Below, piece after piece: positions 8,353 through 16,851 of a stretch of 64,000 nucleotides of DNA. Under the pieces are notes generated by a model that searched no databases, was not told where the DNA came from, and saw only the letters and a list, made by a program, of their open reading frames with translations. Origin of the DNA: Candidatus Latescibacterota bacterium (GTDB taxonomy: Bacteria; Krumholzibacteriota; Krumholzibacteriia; WVZY01); the NCBI GenBank assembly GCA_963791045.1, contig CAWBQK010000002.1, forward strand, positions 32,001 through 96,000, read 5' to 3'. Positions within the stretch are counted from its first letter, which is position 1, and every line of letters begins with the position of its first letter. The position numbers and the translations under genes are program-made.

Positions 8353-8793
8353 TTATCCCTTTCTCCGTGATGTCAAAAATCCGATGGGCAGGAACATCGG
8401 CACGCGTTTTTGATACTCTCTGTATTCGTCGCCGGACTCGGTAAGCCCCTTACCGGCAGCATCGCCGCCGAGCTGGCGCAGCCCCAGAAACCGCCTGAGG
8501 TCATAGTGCCGGGCGCCCGTGATAAAAAGTATCAATGCGGCCGCAAGAAGCGACGCCTGGGCGTACACGAAGAAGCCTTCCCAGCTCCACACCACCCGGC
8601 TCTCGAGCGATCGTTCGTACCAGGCAATCGCCACCAGAGTCAGAAGCGCCACAATATTATACAACAGCCGGTAGAAACGAATTCCACGCCCCGGGCGCCG
8701 TTCGAGGCGGCACATCACCGCTGGCGTTATCATCGCGCTGTGGATGACGCACCAGCATATCCACAACGCGGCGAGTATAATGTGTGATTTCAT
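8353..8793 (-). CDS. NnrU/isoprenylcysteine-methyltransferase-like membrane protein, apparently internally deleted
   Basis: WCVIHS, RFYRLLYN, FLGLRQL and EYREYQKRVPMFLP are present; the RHP-containing core is absent. Confidence 0.6.
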   Translation of the reverse strand: MKSHIILAALWICWCVIHSAMITPAVMCRLERRPGRGIRFYRLLYNIVALLTLVAIAWYERSLESRVVWSWEGFFVYAQASLLAAALILFITGARHYDLRRFLGLRQLGGDAAGKGLTESGDEYREYQKRVPMFLPIGFLTSRRKG

Positions 8794-8992
8794 CACTGGT
8801 TCGGTAATAATACCACACCAGGGGCCATGCGTCCGGCAATGCACCCGCGTATCAGGGAGATATTTTCAGTAAGCATCTCAACCCCGGCACTCCGTGCTTT
8901 CGTTTTTTGGCTGCGGTAAGTTGTCAAATATGGCAACTTATGAGCATGGTGTGAAGTGACCTGGTGTCGGTTCAAATGACGGGAACATTGCT

Positions 8993-10765
8993 TTGACCTT
9001 TGATCAGATATTTTTGCTGAGCCTGCTCGGGGTCGTCCTCATTATGTTTGTTTGGGGACGGTGGCGCTATGACGTCGTTGCAATTGGTGCAATGCTCCTT
9101 GTCGCGGTCGTCGGCATCATTCCGGGCAAAGACGTTTTTCTTGGGTTCGGGCACCCGGCGACATTGACCGTGGCGATGGTGCTTATAATAAGCCGAGGCC
9201 TGTTGAATTCCGGTGTTGTTGACCTCATGGCCGAGCACGTGCTTCGGCCGCTCAAATCAACCACCGGGCAGATCGGTATTGTGTCGTTCGTGGCGGCGGG
9301 GCTTTCCGCCATTATGAACAATGTCGGTGCACTTGCGCTATTGATGCCGGCCGCCATCCGTTCCGCCACCAAAGCCGAGCGCCCACCGGCGGCCATCTTG
9401 ATGCCGCTGTCCTTCGCATCGATCCTTGGCGGGATGCTGACACTGATCGGAACACCACCAAACATTATCATCGCAGCCATTCGCGAGGAGACGTCAGGTT
9501 CGGCATTCAAAATGTTTGATTTCACACCGGTGGGCGGCGGCGTCGCGCTGGCCGGGGTCCTTTTTGTGTCGTTGGTGGGCTGGCGGTTGATTCCCAAGAA
9601 ACGTCGTGCACGGTTGTCGTCTGCAGAACTATTCAATATCAAAGACTACGTGACCGAAGCCATCGTCCTCGAGAAAAGTCCGCTCATCGGACGACGGCTT
9701 AGTGAGATTGACGACGAAGCGAACGAAAAGGAGTCAGACCTTCTCGGTGTCGTCAGAAACGACGTGCGCCTCGACATGCGGGCCGGGGGACGAACATGTC
9801 TGGTCGGCGACGTGCTGCTTCTCGAAGCGGCGCCGGAACCACTCGAAAGACTCCTCAAAGACTGGGGACTCGAGACCGTCTCGGCGGGCGACGGCGAAAA
9901 GCGACCGTCCAACTTGAGTCTCGCGGAAGTCGTGATCCCTCCGCGCAGCCGCCTGTTGGGGCGAAACGTCGCGTCGCTCGGGCTCCGCCGCCATTACGAT
10001 GTGAACCTCATCGCTGTGTCGCGCGCAAGCAAACCGTTTCGGGGGCGTCTGCGCTCGTTTCGTTTTGAAACGGGAGATGTCGTTCTTCTCGAAGGCGACG
10101 CGGACAACCTGCCCGAGGCTATCGCTGAGCTGGGCCTGCTGCCGCTTGCTGAACGTAATCTGCGTGTCGGCCGACCCAGGCGGGCGCTTCTTGCGAGCAC
10201 GCTGTTCGTGTTCGCGATCGCGCTCGCATCAATCGGTGTCCTCAGCCTTCCCGTCGCACTCGGCGGTGCGGCGCTCGCGATGATTCTTACCGGCCTGGTG
10301 CCGGTCCGTGAGATGTACGACCACATCGATTGGCCGGTGATCGTTCTTCTGGGCGCAATGATTCCCGTGGGACAAGCGCTCGCCGTCACCGGCACAACCG
10401 AGCTGATTGCCTCGAGCATCGTCACCCACTCGGCGGGGCTGCCGCCCGTGGCGCTGCTCACCATCATCCTCGTTCTTACCATGACCTTGTCCGACGTTAT
10501 AAACAATGCGGCGACCGCGGTGGTGATGGCACCGATCGCGCTCATGATCGCTCAACAACTCGGTGTCAATCCGGACACCTTTCTGATGGCCGTCGCGATT
10601 GGAGCGTCGAGCGCATTCTTGACGCCGATCGGACATCAGAACAACGCACTGATTCTCGGACCGGGCGGGTATCGTTTCGGCGACTATTGGCGGATGGGTC
10701 TCCCGCTCGAAATTCTGATCGTGCTCGTCGCGATACCGATGCTTCTTCTCGTCTGGCCTCTTTAA
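8993..10765 (+). CDS. SLC13/DASS family permease with TrkA-C domains
   Basis: SAIMNNVGA, GGMLTLIGTPPNII, INNAATAV and FLTPIGHQNN motifs. Confidence 0.92.
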   Translation: MTFDQIFLLSLLGVVLIMFVWGRWRYDVVAIGAMLLVAVVGIIPGKDVFLGFGHPATLTVAMVLIISRGLLNSGVVDLMAEHVLRPLKSTTGQIGIVSFVAAGLSAIMNNVGALALLMPAAIRSATKAERPPAAILMPLSFASILGGMLTLIGTPPNIIIAAIREETSGSAFKMFDFTPVGGGVALAGVLFVSLVGWRLIPKKRRARLSSAELFNIKDYVTEAIVLEKSPLIGRRLSEIDDEANEKESDLLGVVRNDVRLDMRAGGRTCLVGDVLLLEAAPEPLERLLKDWGLETVSAGDGEKRPSNLSLAEVVIPPRSRLLGRNVASLGLRRHYDVNLIAVSRASKPFRGRLRSFRFETGDVVLLEGDADNLPEAIAELGLLPLAERNLRVGRPRRALLASTLFVFAIALASIGVLSLPVALGGAALAMILTGLVPVREMYDHIDWPVIVLLGAMIPVGQALAVTGTTELIASSIVTHSAGLPPVALLTIILVLTMTLSDVINNAATAVVMAPIALMIAQQLGVNPDTFLMAVAIGASSAFLTPIGHQNNALILGPGGYRFGDYWRMGLPLEILIVLVAIPMLLLVWPL

Positions 10766-10888
10766 ACGCTCGCCAAACGCTCGCCTGGCTGGCGACTGGC
10801 TCCGTCAAAACCCCCTTTTCGCGGCATGCCGCGCGCGGTATACTCTTCGGATGATTTTCACCTGTAATCACCATTCGAGGAGATTTCC

Positions 10889-13006
10889 ATGAAACGACTT
10901 TTTGTGTGCCTGCTCGTTCTTCTCGTCGCCGTTCCCGCCGTAGCGCAGAAACGCGCGCTCGAAATCGAGGACCTCTACAAGCTCAAGGGTGTCGGGGATC
11001 CGCACTATTCCCCCGACGGCAAGCTCGTCGTGTTTTCGGCGACCGAGTATTTTCTCGAAGAGGGAAAGTCGAACTCGGACATTTATATAATGAAGGCCGA
11101 CGGGACCGACATGCGGCAGCTAACACACAACAAGGCGGCCGACTATCACCCGCGCTGGTCGCCCGACGGCGATTGGCTCATGTTTGTGTCCACGCGCGAG
11201 AACGGTTCGCAGATGTGGAAACTCCCCGTCCACGGTGGCGAGGCCGTCCAGGTTACTGATTTCTCCATGGGTGTGAGCGATCCGCGCTGGCTTCCCGACG
11301 GTAAGAGCATTGTTTTTTACGCGGAAGTCTTTCCCGAGTGCGGGGCGGACAGCGAGTGCAACAAGAAACTCGCCGACGACATGGACGGCGGTCCCGTCCA
11401 CGCGCATATCGCGGACGACCTCCTCTACCGGCATTGGACGCACTACAAGGACGGGAAGCGCTTTCATACATTCCTCTATAATATGGAGAGCGACGAGTAC
11501 ACCGACATTACGCCCGGTCACATGGATGCGCCGGCGTTCCTGACCGGTGGCGGGCATGCGGGTTTTGATGTGTCGCCCACGGGCACCGAGCTTTGCGTCG
11601 TCGCCAACGCCGATCCCAACGAATGGGAGACGACAAACAAGGACCTCTGGCTGGTCCCGCTCACGGGCGGCGAACTCAAGAACATCACCGACGACAACGA
11701 AGCGTACGACGCGGAGCCCCAGTACTCGCCGAACGGCCGCTACATCGCCTACGTCGCGCAGATGGCCCCCACGTTCGAAGCCGATCTCGTGCGGCTCATG
11801 ATTTACAACTGCGACTCCGGAGAGACGACCGATCTCACCGGGGACTTCGACTACTGGGTGGGTAGTTTCGAGTGGTCGCGGGATTCCAAAGAAATCTATT
11901 TCACCGCGCAGTACCAGGGCACCAATCCGCTTTACAAAGTCGAAATCAAAAACAAGAAGATCAAAGAGATCGTCAACTTCCGGACGATCGACTCATTCGA
12001 CGTATCCCCCGACGGCAAGCAGGTCGTTGTCTCGCGCCGCGCGATCAGCGAACCCGCCGAAATCTGGACATCGAAGATGAACGGCAAGAACATGGAACGG
12101 ATCACGTTCTTCAACAAGCCGGTCGAGGACGAAGTCGACATTCGCCCCGTGGAGGAAATGTGGATCGAGTCGCCGACGGGCAAGAAGATCCATACATGGG
12201 TCGTCAAACCGCACGGTTTCGATCCTTCGAAGAAGTATCCGTTGATCCTCAACGTCCACGGCGGCCCACAGGGGATGTGGTGGGACAGCTTCCGCGGCGA
12301 CTGGCAGGTCTACCCGGGCAAAGGGTATGTGGTGGCTTTCCCCAACCCGCATGGGTCGACTGGTTACGGGCAGGAATTCACCCACGCGATCTCGCGCGAC
12401 TGGGCGGGGAAGGTCTACCAGGACTGCATCGCCGTCGCCGACCACATGGCCGCGCAGCCGTGGGTCGATGAAGAGCGCATGGGCGCTATGGGCTGGTCGT
12501 ACGGTGGTTACATGATGATGTGGTTTGCCGGACACACCGACAAATTCAAGTGCCTTGTGTCAATGATGGGCGTATACAACCTTGCGTCGATGTGGGGCGC
12601 GACCGAAGAGCTGTGGTTTCCGCAGTACGATCTCGGCGGCGCGCCGTGGGAATCCGATGACTACGTCACGTTGTCTCCGCACAATTACGCGTCGGAGTTC
12701 AAGGCCCCGACACTCGTCATCACGGGTGAAAAAGATTACCGCGTGCCTTATACGGAAAGCCTTCAGTTCTACACGGCGCTTCGCAAGAACGGCGTGCAGT
12801 CACGGCTTATCGTTTTCGAGAACGACGGGCACTGGCCGAGCTGGGTCAAGTCGATGCCGCTCTATTACAACGCTCATCTCGAGTGGTTTCACGACTACCT
12901 CGGCGGCGAGCCCGCGCCGTGGGATTCGCGGGATATGGTGAACAACCGGGCGTACAAAGATAAAGACGCGGAGGATGACAAGGACGATGACGATGATGAC
13001 GATTAG
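10889..13006 (+). CDS. S9 family (acylaminoacyl/dipeptidyl) peptidase, secreted
   Basis: Signal peptide, beta-propeller SPDG repeats, HGGP, GWSYGG, GEKDYRVP, DGHW; acidic tail. Confidence 0.93.
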   Translation: MKRLFVCLLVLLVAVPAVAQKRALEIEDLYKLKGVGDPHYSPDGKLVVFSATEYFLEEGKSNSDIYIMKADGTDMRQLTHNKAADYHPRWSPDGDWLMFVSTRENGSQMWKLPVHGGEAVQVTDFSMGVSDPRWLPDGKSIVFYAEVFPECGADSECNKKLADDMDGGPVHAHIADDLLYRHWTHYKDGKRFHTFLYNMESDEYTDITPGHMDAPAFLTGGGHAGFDVSPTGTELCVVANADPNEWETTNKDLWLVPLTGGELKNITDDNEAYDAEPQYSPNGRYIAYVAQMAPTFEADLVRLMIYNCDSGETTDLTGDFDYWVGSFEWSRDSKEIYFTAQYQGTNPLYKVEIKNKKIKEIVNFRTIDSFDVSPDGKQVVVSRRAISEPAEIWTSKMNGKNMERITFFNKPVEDEVDIRPVEEMWIESPTGKKIHTWVVKPHGFDPSKKYPLILNVHGGPQGMWWDSFRGDWQVYPGKGYVVAFPNPHGSTGYGQEFTHAISRDWAGKVYQDCIAVADHMAAQPWVDEERMGAMGWSYGGYMMMWFAGHTDKFKCLVSMMGVYNLASMWGATEELWFPQYDLGGAPWESDDYVTLSPHNYASEFKAPTLVITGEKDYRVPYTESLQFYTALRKNGVQSRLIVFENDGHWPSWVKSMPLYYNAHLEWFHDYLGGEPAPWDSRDMVNNRAYKDKDAEDDKDDDDDDD

Positions 13007-13040
13007 CGTCTGGATTCTTGGCTGACCTCAGCACAGATAC

Positions 13041-13070
13041 AAGGGGCCGTCTCACCGAGACGGCCTCTTT
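13041..13070. terminator. Intrinsic terminator between convergent genes
   Basis: AGGGGCCGTCTC-ACC-GAGACGGCCTCT followed by TTT. Confidence 0.75.
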
Positions 13071-13093
13071 TGCATCAAGCGGCGAGTGTTGAA

Positions 13094-13606
13094 TCAACCC
13101 GTCGGGGGCGGTTGGACGGTCTCAAAATGCGACGTACACGCCGGGCAACGCACTGCTTTGAACGCGATCGTCGACAAACAGAACGGACACTTCTTCTCGG
13201 TCGGGTCGCCCACAACTGCTTTCTCCTGGCCAAACTCCTCTTCGAGTTTTGAATCGAGTTGGTTGATCATGCGAACGATGAGAAACATCGCAACGGCCAC
13301 AATAAGAAACGCGATGGTGTTGTCGATAAACACACCGTAGTTGACCGTCACCGCCCCGGCGGCCTGCGCGTCGGCGAGCGTCGCGTACGGCCCCGGCGTC
13401 GCCCCCCCTTTCAAGAGCCAGAAGAAGTTCGTAAAGTCCGCCTTGCCGAGAAGAAGCCCGATCGGCGGCATGATCATATCGCTCACCAGCGACTTGACGA
13501 TCGTCGTGAACGCCGCGCCGACGGTGAACCCGACGGCGAGATCGATCATATTGCCGCGAAGCGCGAATTTTTTGAATTCGCCAGCGATTTTCATAATCAC
13601 CTCCAT
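13094..13606 (-). CDS. mscL: Large-conductance mechanosensitive channel with C-terminal zinc ribbon
   Basis: EFKKFALRGNMIDLAVG...VNYGVFI; C-terminal CPFC...CPAC. Confidence 0.93.
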   Translation of the reverse strand: MEVIMKIAGEFKKFALRGNMIDLAVGFTVGAAFTTIVKSLVSDMIMPPIGLLLGKADFTNFFWLLKGGATPGPYATLADAQAAGAVTVNYGVFIDNTIAFLIVAVAMFLIVRMINQLDSKLEEEFGQEKAVVGDPTEKKCPFCLSTIAFKAVRCPACTSHFETVQPPPTG

Positions 13607-13631
13607 GCACTCAGCCGGTACATATCACTGT

Positions 13632-15029
13632 TTACGATTTGAAATCAGAAATGTCGCCAGAGTCTACTTTCGTCCACCCGGGCGGATCGGCCGGCCGCGG
13701 CTTCTCGCCGTAGAAAAGATCGTCGAAGTATATCGCCATCCGGCGAAAGAGCGAGGAGTTCTTCACGCCGCGGCGCACGAGGTTGTGGAGCAAATTGTCG
13801 GGATGCGAGTACGGGCATACCTTTACGCACCGCGCGCAGTCGGTTCCTGCCGCGCTCCAATAAGTGTAACACGCTTCCTGGTCGATCTGCCAACGGAGCA
13901 CGCCATCGATTTCTACTCGTTTCTCGAATGAAATTGCGCGGCTCGGACACACATCCGCGCATTTGCGGCAGTGCGTACAAAAGTCGAGGGTTGTATAGTC
14001 GCGGCGGGGCTCGTCGATAACGAGCGGGAGGTCGGTCGTCACCACGGAGATACGCACCCGCGGACCCAGCTCGGGTGTCATAAGCAGTCCCATCCGTCCG
14101 ATTTCACCGAGCGCTGCGTCGCGTGCAACGAGCGGGCACACCACACGATAGTTGGCGTCGATGTGCGCCCGCGCCGGGTATCCGAGATTGCGGATGAAAA
14201 CAGCGATCTGTGTCGCGATCATACCCGACTCAAGATACTGCTGGGCCGATTCCATCAAGGTGGGACCGAGCGGCGCGGCATCGATCATCTCTTTGTTCAT
14301 CTCGACGGTAAACGCGATCGCGTATTTGTGATCGAGTGTCACCGTTTTGCCGAAGTCCGGGCCCCGCCCAATGACGGAGTACTTGTGATAATCCCTGAGT
14401 TCGGTCACGCCCACAGACACCGCGCCCGTCTGGAGCGCCCACTCTTTTATAAAGTGGGTGATGTCGGCGTCGTCGACATCGACGCGGTCACCCGATGGCT
14501 CCCCGTCGACAATCGAATGCAGGTTCTTAACGGTCGTGAAACTCGCGTGCGCCGCTTCGAAGGTCACGGGGTCGTAGTACCTGGACCCCTTTGCCATAAG
14601 ACCCGGCTTCGCGCGGAACTTGTCGTCGAGCGGTTTGAGACCCGGCTTCTCATTATAGTAGGTTTCAAATCGTTCGGTTCCGGGCTCGAGGAGCTTCCGC
14701 GAAAACATGACGTCGCGTTCGTCGATCCGCCCACGAGGGGTATCGTCACCCACCGCCGAAGCGGGCCGCCCGGTTGGAAAACTAAACGCCCCAATTTTGA
14801 GCCCGGCAAGAATGAGAAGCGCCACGCCGATCACATTCTTGTCCGGGATATCCAGGACGCCGATGAGGACAAAGGGGAGCGCCGCGGCGAGCGACATGAG
14901 AAGCGCCACGCCGGCCGCACGCTTTTCGTTTTCGCGAAGAGAGACCACCGCCATCCATATAAAGCCCGCATAGAGGAGGGCACCGACGGCAATAAGTACA
15001 GTGGAGATAGTATCGAGGCTTTGGATCAA
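13632..15029 (-). CDS. Membrane-anchored reductive dehalogenase-like / QueG-superfamily cobalamin, 2x[4Fe-4S] protein
   Basis: N-terminal TM helices; RIDERDVMF; ARDAALGEIGRMGLLMTPELGPRVR; CTHCRKCADVCP and CYTYW...CARCVKVCP. Confidence 0.82.
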   Translation of the reverse strand: MIQSLDTISTVLIAVGALLYAGFIWMAVVSLRENEKRAAGVALLMSLAAALPFVLIGVLDIPDKNVIGVALLILAGLKIGAFSFPTGRPASAVGDDTPRGRIDERDVMFSRKLLEPGTERFETYYNEKPGLKPLDDKFRAKPGLMAKGSRYYDPVTFEAAHASFTTVKNLHSIVDGEPSGDRVDVDDADITHFIKEWALQTGAVSVGVTELRDYHKYSVIGRGPDFGKTVTLDHKYAIAFTVEMNKEMIDAAPLGPTLMESAQQYLESGMIATQIAVFIRNLGYPARAHIDANYRVVCPLVARDAALGEIGRMGLLMTPELGPRVRISVVTTDLPLVIDEPRRDYTTLDFCTHCRKCADVCPSRAISFEKRVEIDGVLRWQIDQEACYTYWSAAGTDCARCVKVCPYSHPDNLLHNLVRRGVKNSSLFRRMAIYFDDLFYGEKPRPADPPGWTKVDSGDISDFKS

Positions 15030-15241
15030 GAATCGCCGCCCAAGGATAAGCCCTTGTCAAATAGTCGGTTAGAACCAAAGGTCCCGTCCGAGCTCGCGGG
15101 CGCGGTCTTTGGTTCCCTTCCCGGACTTTAGCATCCCCGGGCACCGTTGCGCCAAGGATTTCCATGTGGGCGGTTTTGACCCCCACACCGAGGAGATGGT
15201 CGAACCAGCCTTTTCTTTTCGCGGGGCGCGGTATCGGAATC

Positions 15242-15694
15242 TCAAGCCGACGGGCCGCCGTGGAGCCCGCCCTTCACATGCGAAAAAATCATAACACCGA
15301 GCTGAATGAAGTAGGTCACGAGCGTGACGGCGCCAAATCTCCGCCCCATGAGAAACGAATAACCAACCATCGCCCAGACCCCGGCATAGAACACCGCGAT
15401 GTATGGCCACAAGAGGCCGGTTTCTCTGAACGGGATCTTGAAAATGTAATCGAGAAGAAGTTCGATGAGAAGATAAAGAGCAAGAACGAGCGGGAGGACG
15501 ACGGACCACCACTCGCGTCGCGCGACGGCGTTGGAAGCGGCCGCCGCACACACAGGCACAATCATTGCGACGATAATGAGCCCGAGCACATACTCGACAC
15601 GCTCGAGCCCACGCCAACGCACATAAAACAACACCGCGAGCAAAACGTTGATGAGATTCGCCGCGCCAAAAACAACAAGATCGGCGGTTTTCAA
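15242..15694 (-). CDS. Hypothetical integral membrane protein
   Basis: 150 aa with about 5 hydrophobic helices. Confidence 0.7.
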   Translation of the reverse strand: MKTADLVVFGAANLINVLLAVLFYVRWRGLERVEYVLGLIIVAMIVPVCAAAASNAVARREWWSVVLPLVLALYLLIELLLDYIFKIPFRETGLLWPYIAVFYAGVWAMVGYSFLMGRRFGAVTLVTYFIQLGVMIFSHVKGGLHGGPSA

Positions 15695-15713
15695 TTTGTT
15701 ATCCCCTCAACGC

Positions 15714-16658
15714 TTATTTGTTCGCGGCGGCTTCTGGCGTGACACCCGCCGCATCGGATTGGATCCAGTAAATATCGGGAAACGGCCGATCCGTCGACCG
15801 GTCGCTCGTAAAGAACAACACCTTGTTGTCAGGCGAGAACACGGGGAAATTCTCTTCGCCCGGCGTATTTATCTCCGGCCCCATTTTCCGGGCCTCCGAC
15901 CACGCCCCGTTCTCGAACCTGCTGATATAGAGGTCGCCCCCGCCGGTTTCACCGGGACGATTGATCGCGTAAAAGACGAGCGTCTTGCCGTCTCTCGAGA
16001 TGGCCGGGTCGGCCTCGCTGCGGGCGGTGTTGATCCCGGTTCCGAGGTTCTCAGGCATCTGGAACTTTCCGTCTTTGAGTTCGCTCTTGTAGATGTCGTT
16101 CTCGCCATGGCCGCCGTACGCGTTTGATTGAAAGTAGAGCGTTCTGTCCGCCCCCACCGCGGGGCTCCGCTCGTCCATGCCCGAGTTGACCGGCGGGCCC
16201 AGGTTGGTCGGCTCCGACCACCCATCCTTCGTGCGTTCGACCTTCCATATATCGAAATCCTTCAAGAATCCGTCGGTCTCGAGCGGTCGATTAGAAACAA
16301 AATAGAGCGTGTTCCCATCCGGAGAAAACGCCGGTGAGCCGTCGACAAAGAAGCCCGTGAACGATGCCGGCTCTGGTTTGGACCATCCGTCTTTTGTGTA
16401 CGTCATATGCATGACTTTTGGAAGCTGGCTCCGCTCGACGAGCGTATAGAATAGTTCCCTCATGTCGGGCGAGAAAGCAGGTCCAAACTCGATCGCATCA
16501 CCCGATACGAGCCCCTGCGCGAACACAGATGGTGTGGCCCCGGGCACATCGCCGCCGGGGTAGGACGGCGGCTCCGAACTGCACTGAGTGAGCAGAACCG
16601 CGAACCCTAACGACAAGGCCACATTAGTCGCCTGCTTAAGTCTTGTTTGCACCATCAC
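15714..16658 (-). CDS. PD40/TolB-like beta-propeller lipoprotein
   Basis: Repeated PAFSPDG and NLGPPVN motifs; lipobox-like LTQC. Confidence 0.85.
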   Translation of the reverse strand: MMVQTRLKQATNVALSLGFAVLLTQCSSEPPSYPGGDVPGATPSVFAQGLVSGDAIEFGPAFSPDMRELFYTLVERSQLPKVMHMTYTKDGWSKPEPASFTGFFVDGSPAFSPDGNTLYFVSNRPLETDGFLKDFDIWKVERTKDGWSEPTNLGPPVNSGMDERSPAVGADRTLYFQSNAYGGHGENDIYKSELKDGKFQMPENLGTGINTARSEADPAISRDGKTLVFYAINRPGETGGGDLYISRFENGAWSEARKMGPEINTPGEENFPVFSPDNKVLFFTSDRSTDRPFPDIYWIQSDAAGVTPEAAANK

Positions 16659-16701
16659 GCTTGGGTTCTCCTTTTGGCTGGCGGAAGATAAAGTTCGTGT
16701 G

Positions 16702-16731
16702 ATTATAGGCCAGATGAGAAAAGAGCGTCAA
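16702..16731 (-). promoter_or_regulatory. Sigma70-like promoter for the PD40 gene
   Basis: TTGACG-18 nt-TATAAT on the minus strand. Confidence 0.6.
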
Positions 16732-16851
16732 CCGCCCCGGCGGGAGGAGTCGGCCGCAGATGGGATCAGGCCACGGAGATCGGTACAGACCGCGGGAGGG
16801 AGCGCAAGCCGCGGAGGCGTGGGAGATGGAGGGACATCGACGGCGACCGGA

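Noticed and set aside
8871-8902. Fifth degenerate copy of the repeat insert module
   Set aside because: Only short scattered matches (AAGCATCT, ACCCC-GCAC); not supportable by eye
12955-13006. GAT/GAC repeat as a contingency locus
   Set aside because: Mixed codons encoding an acidic tail, not a pure microsatellite
15095-15140. SRP RNA (GTCCGGGAAGGGAA on the minus strand)
   Set aside because: Lacks the conserved CAGG...GGAA...AGCAG helix 8 pattern
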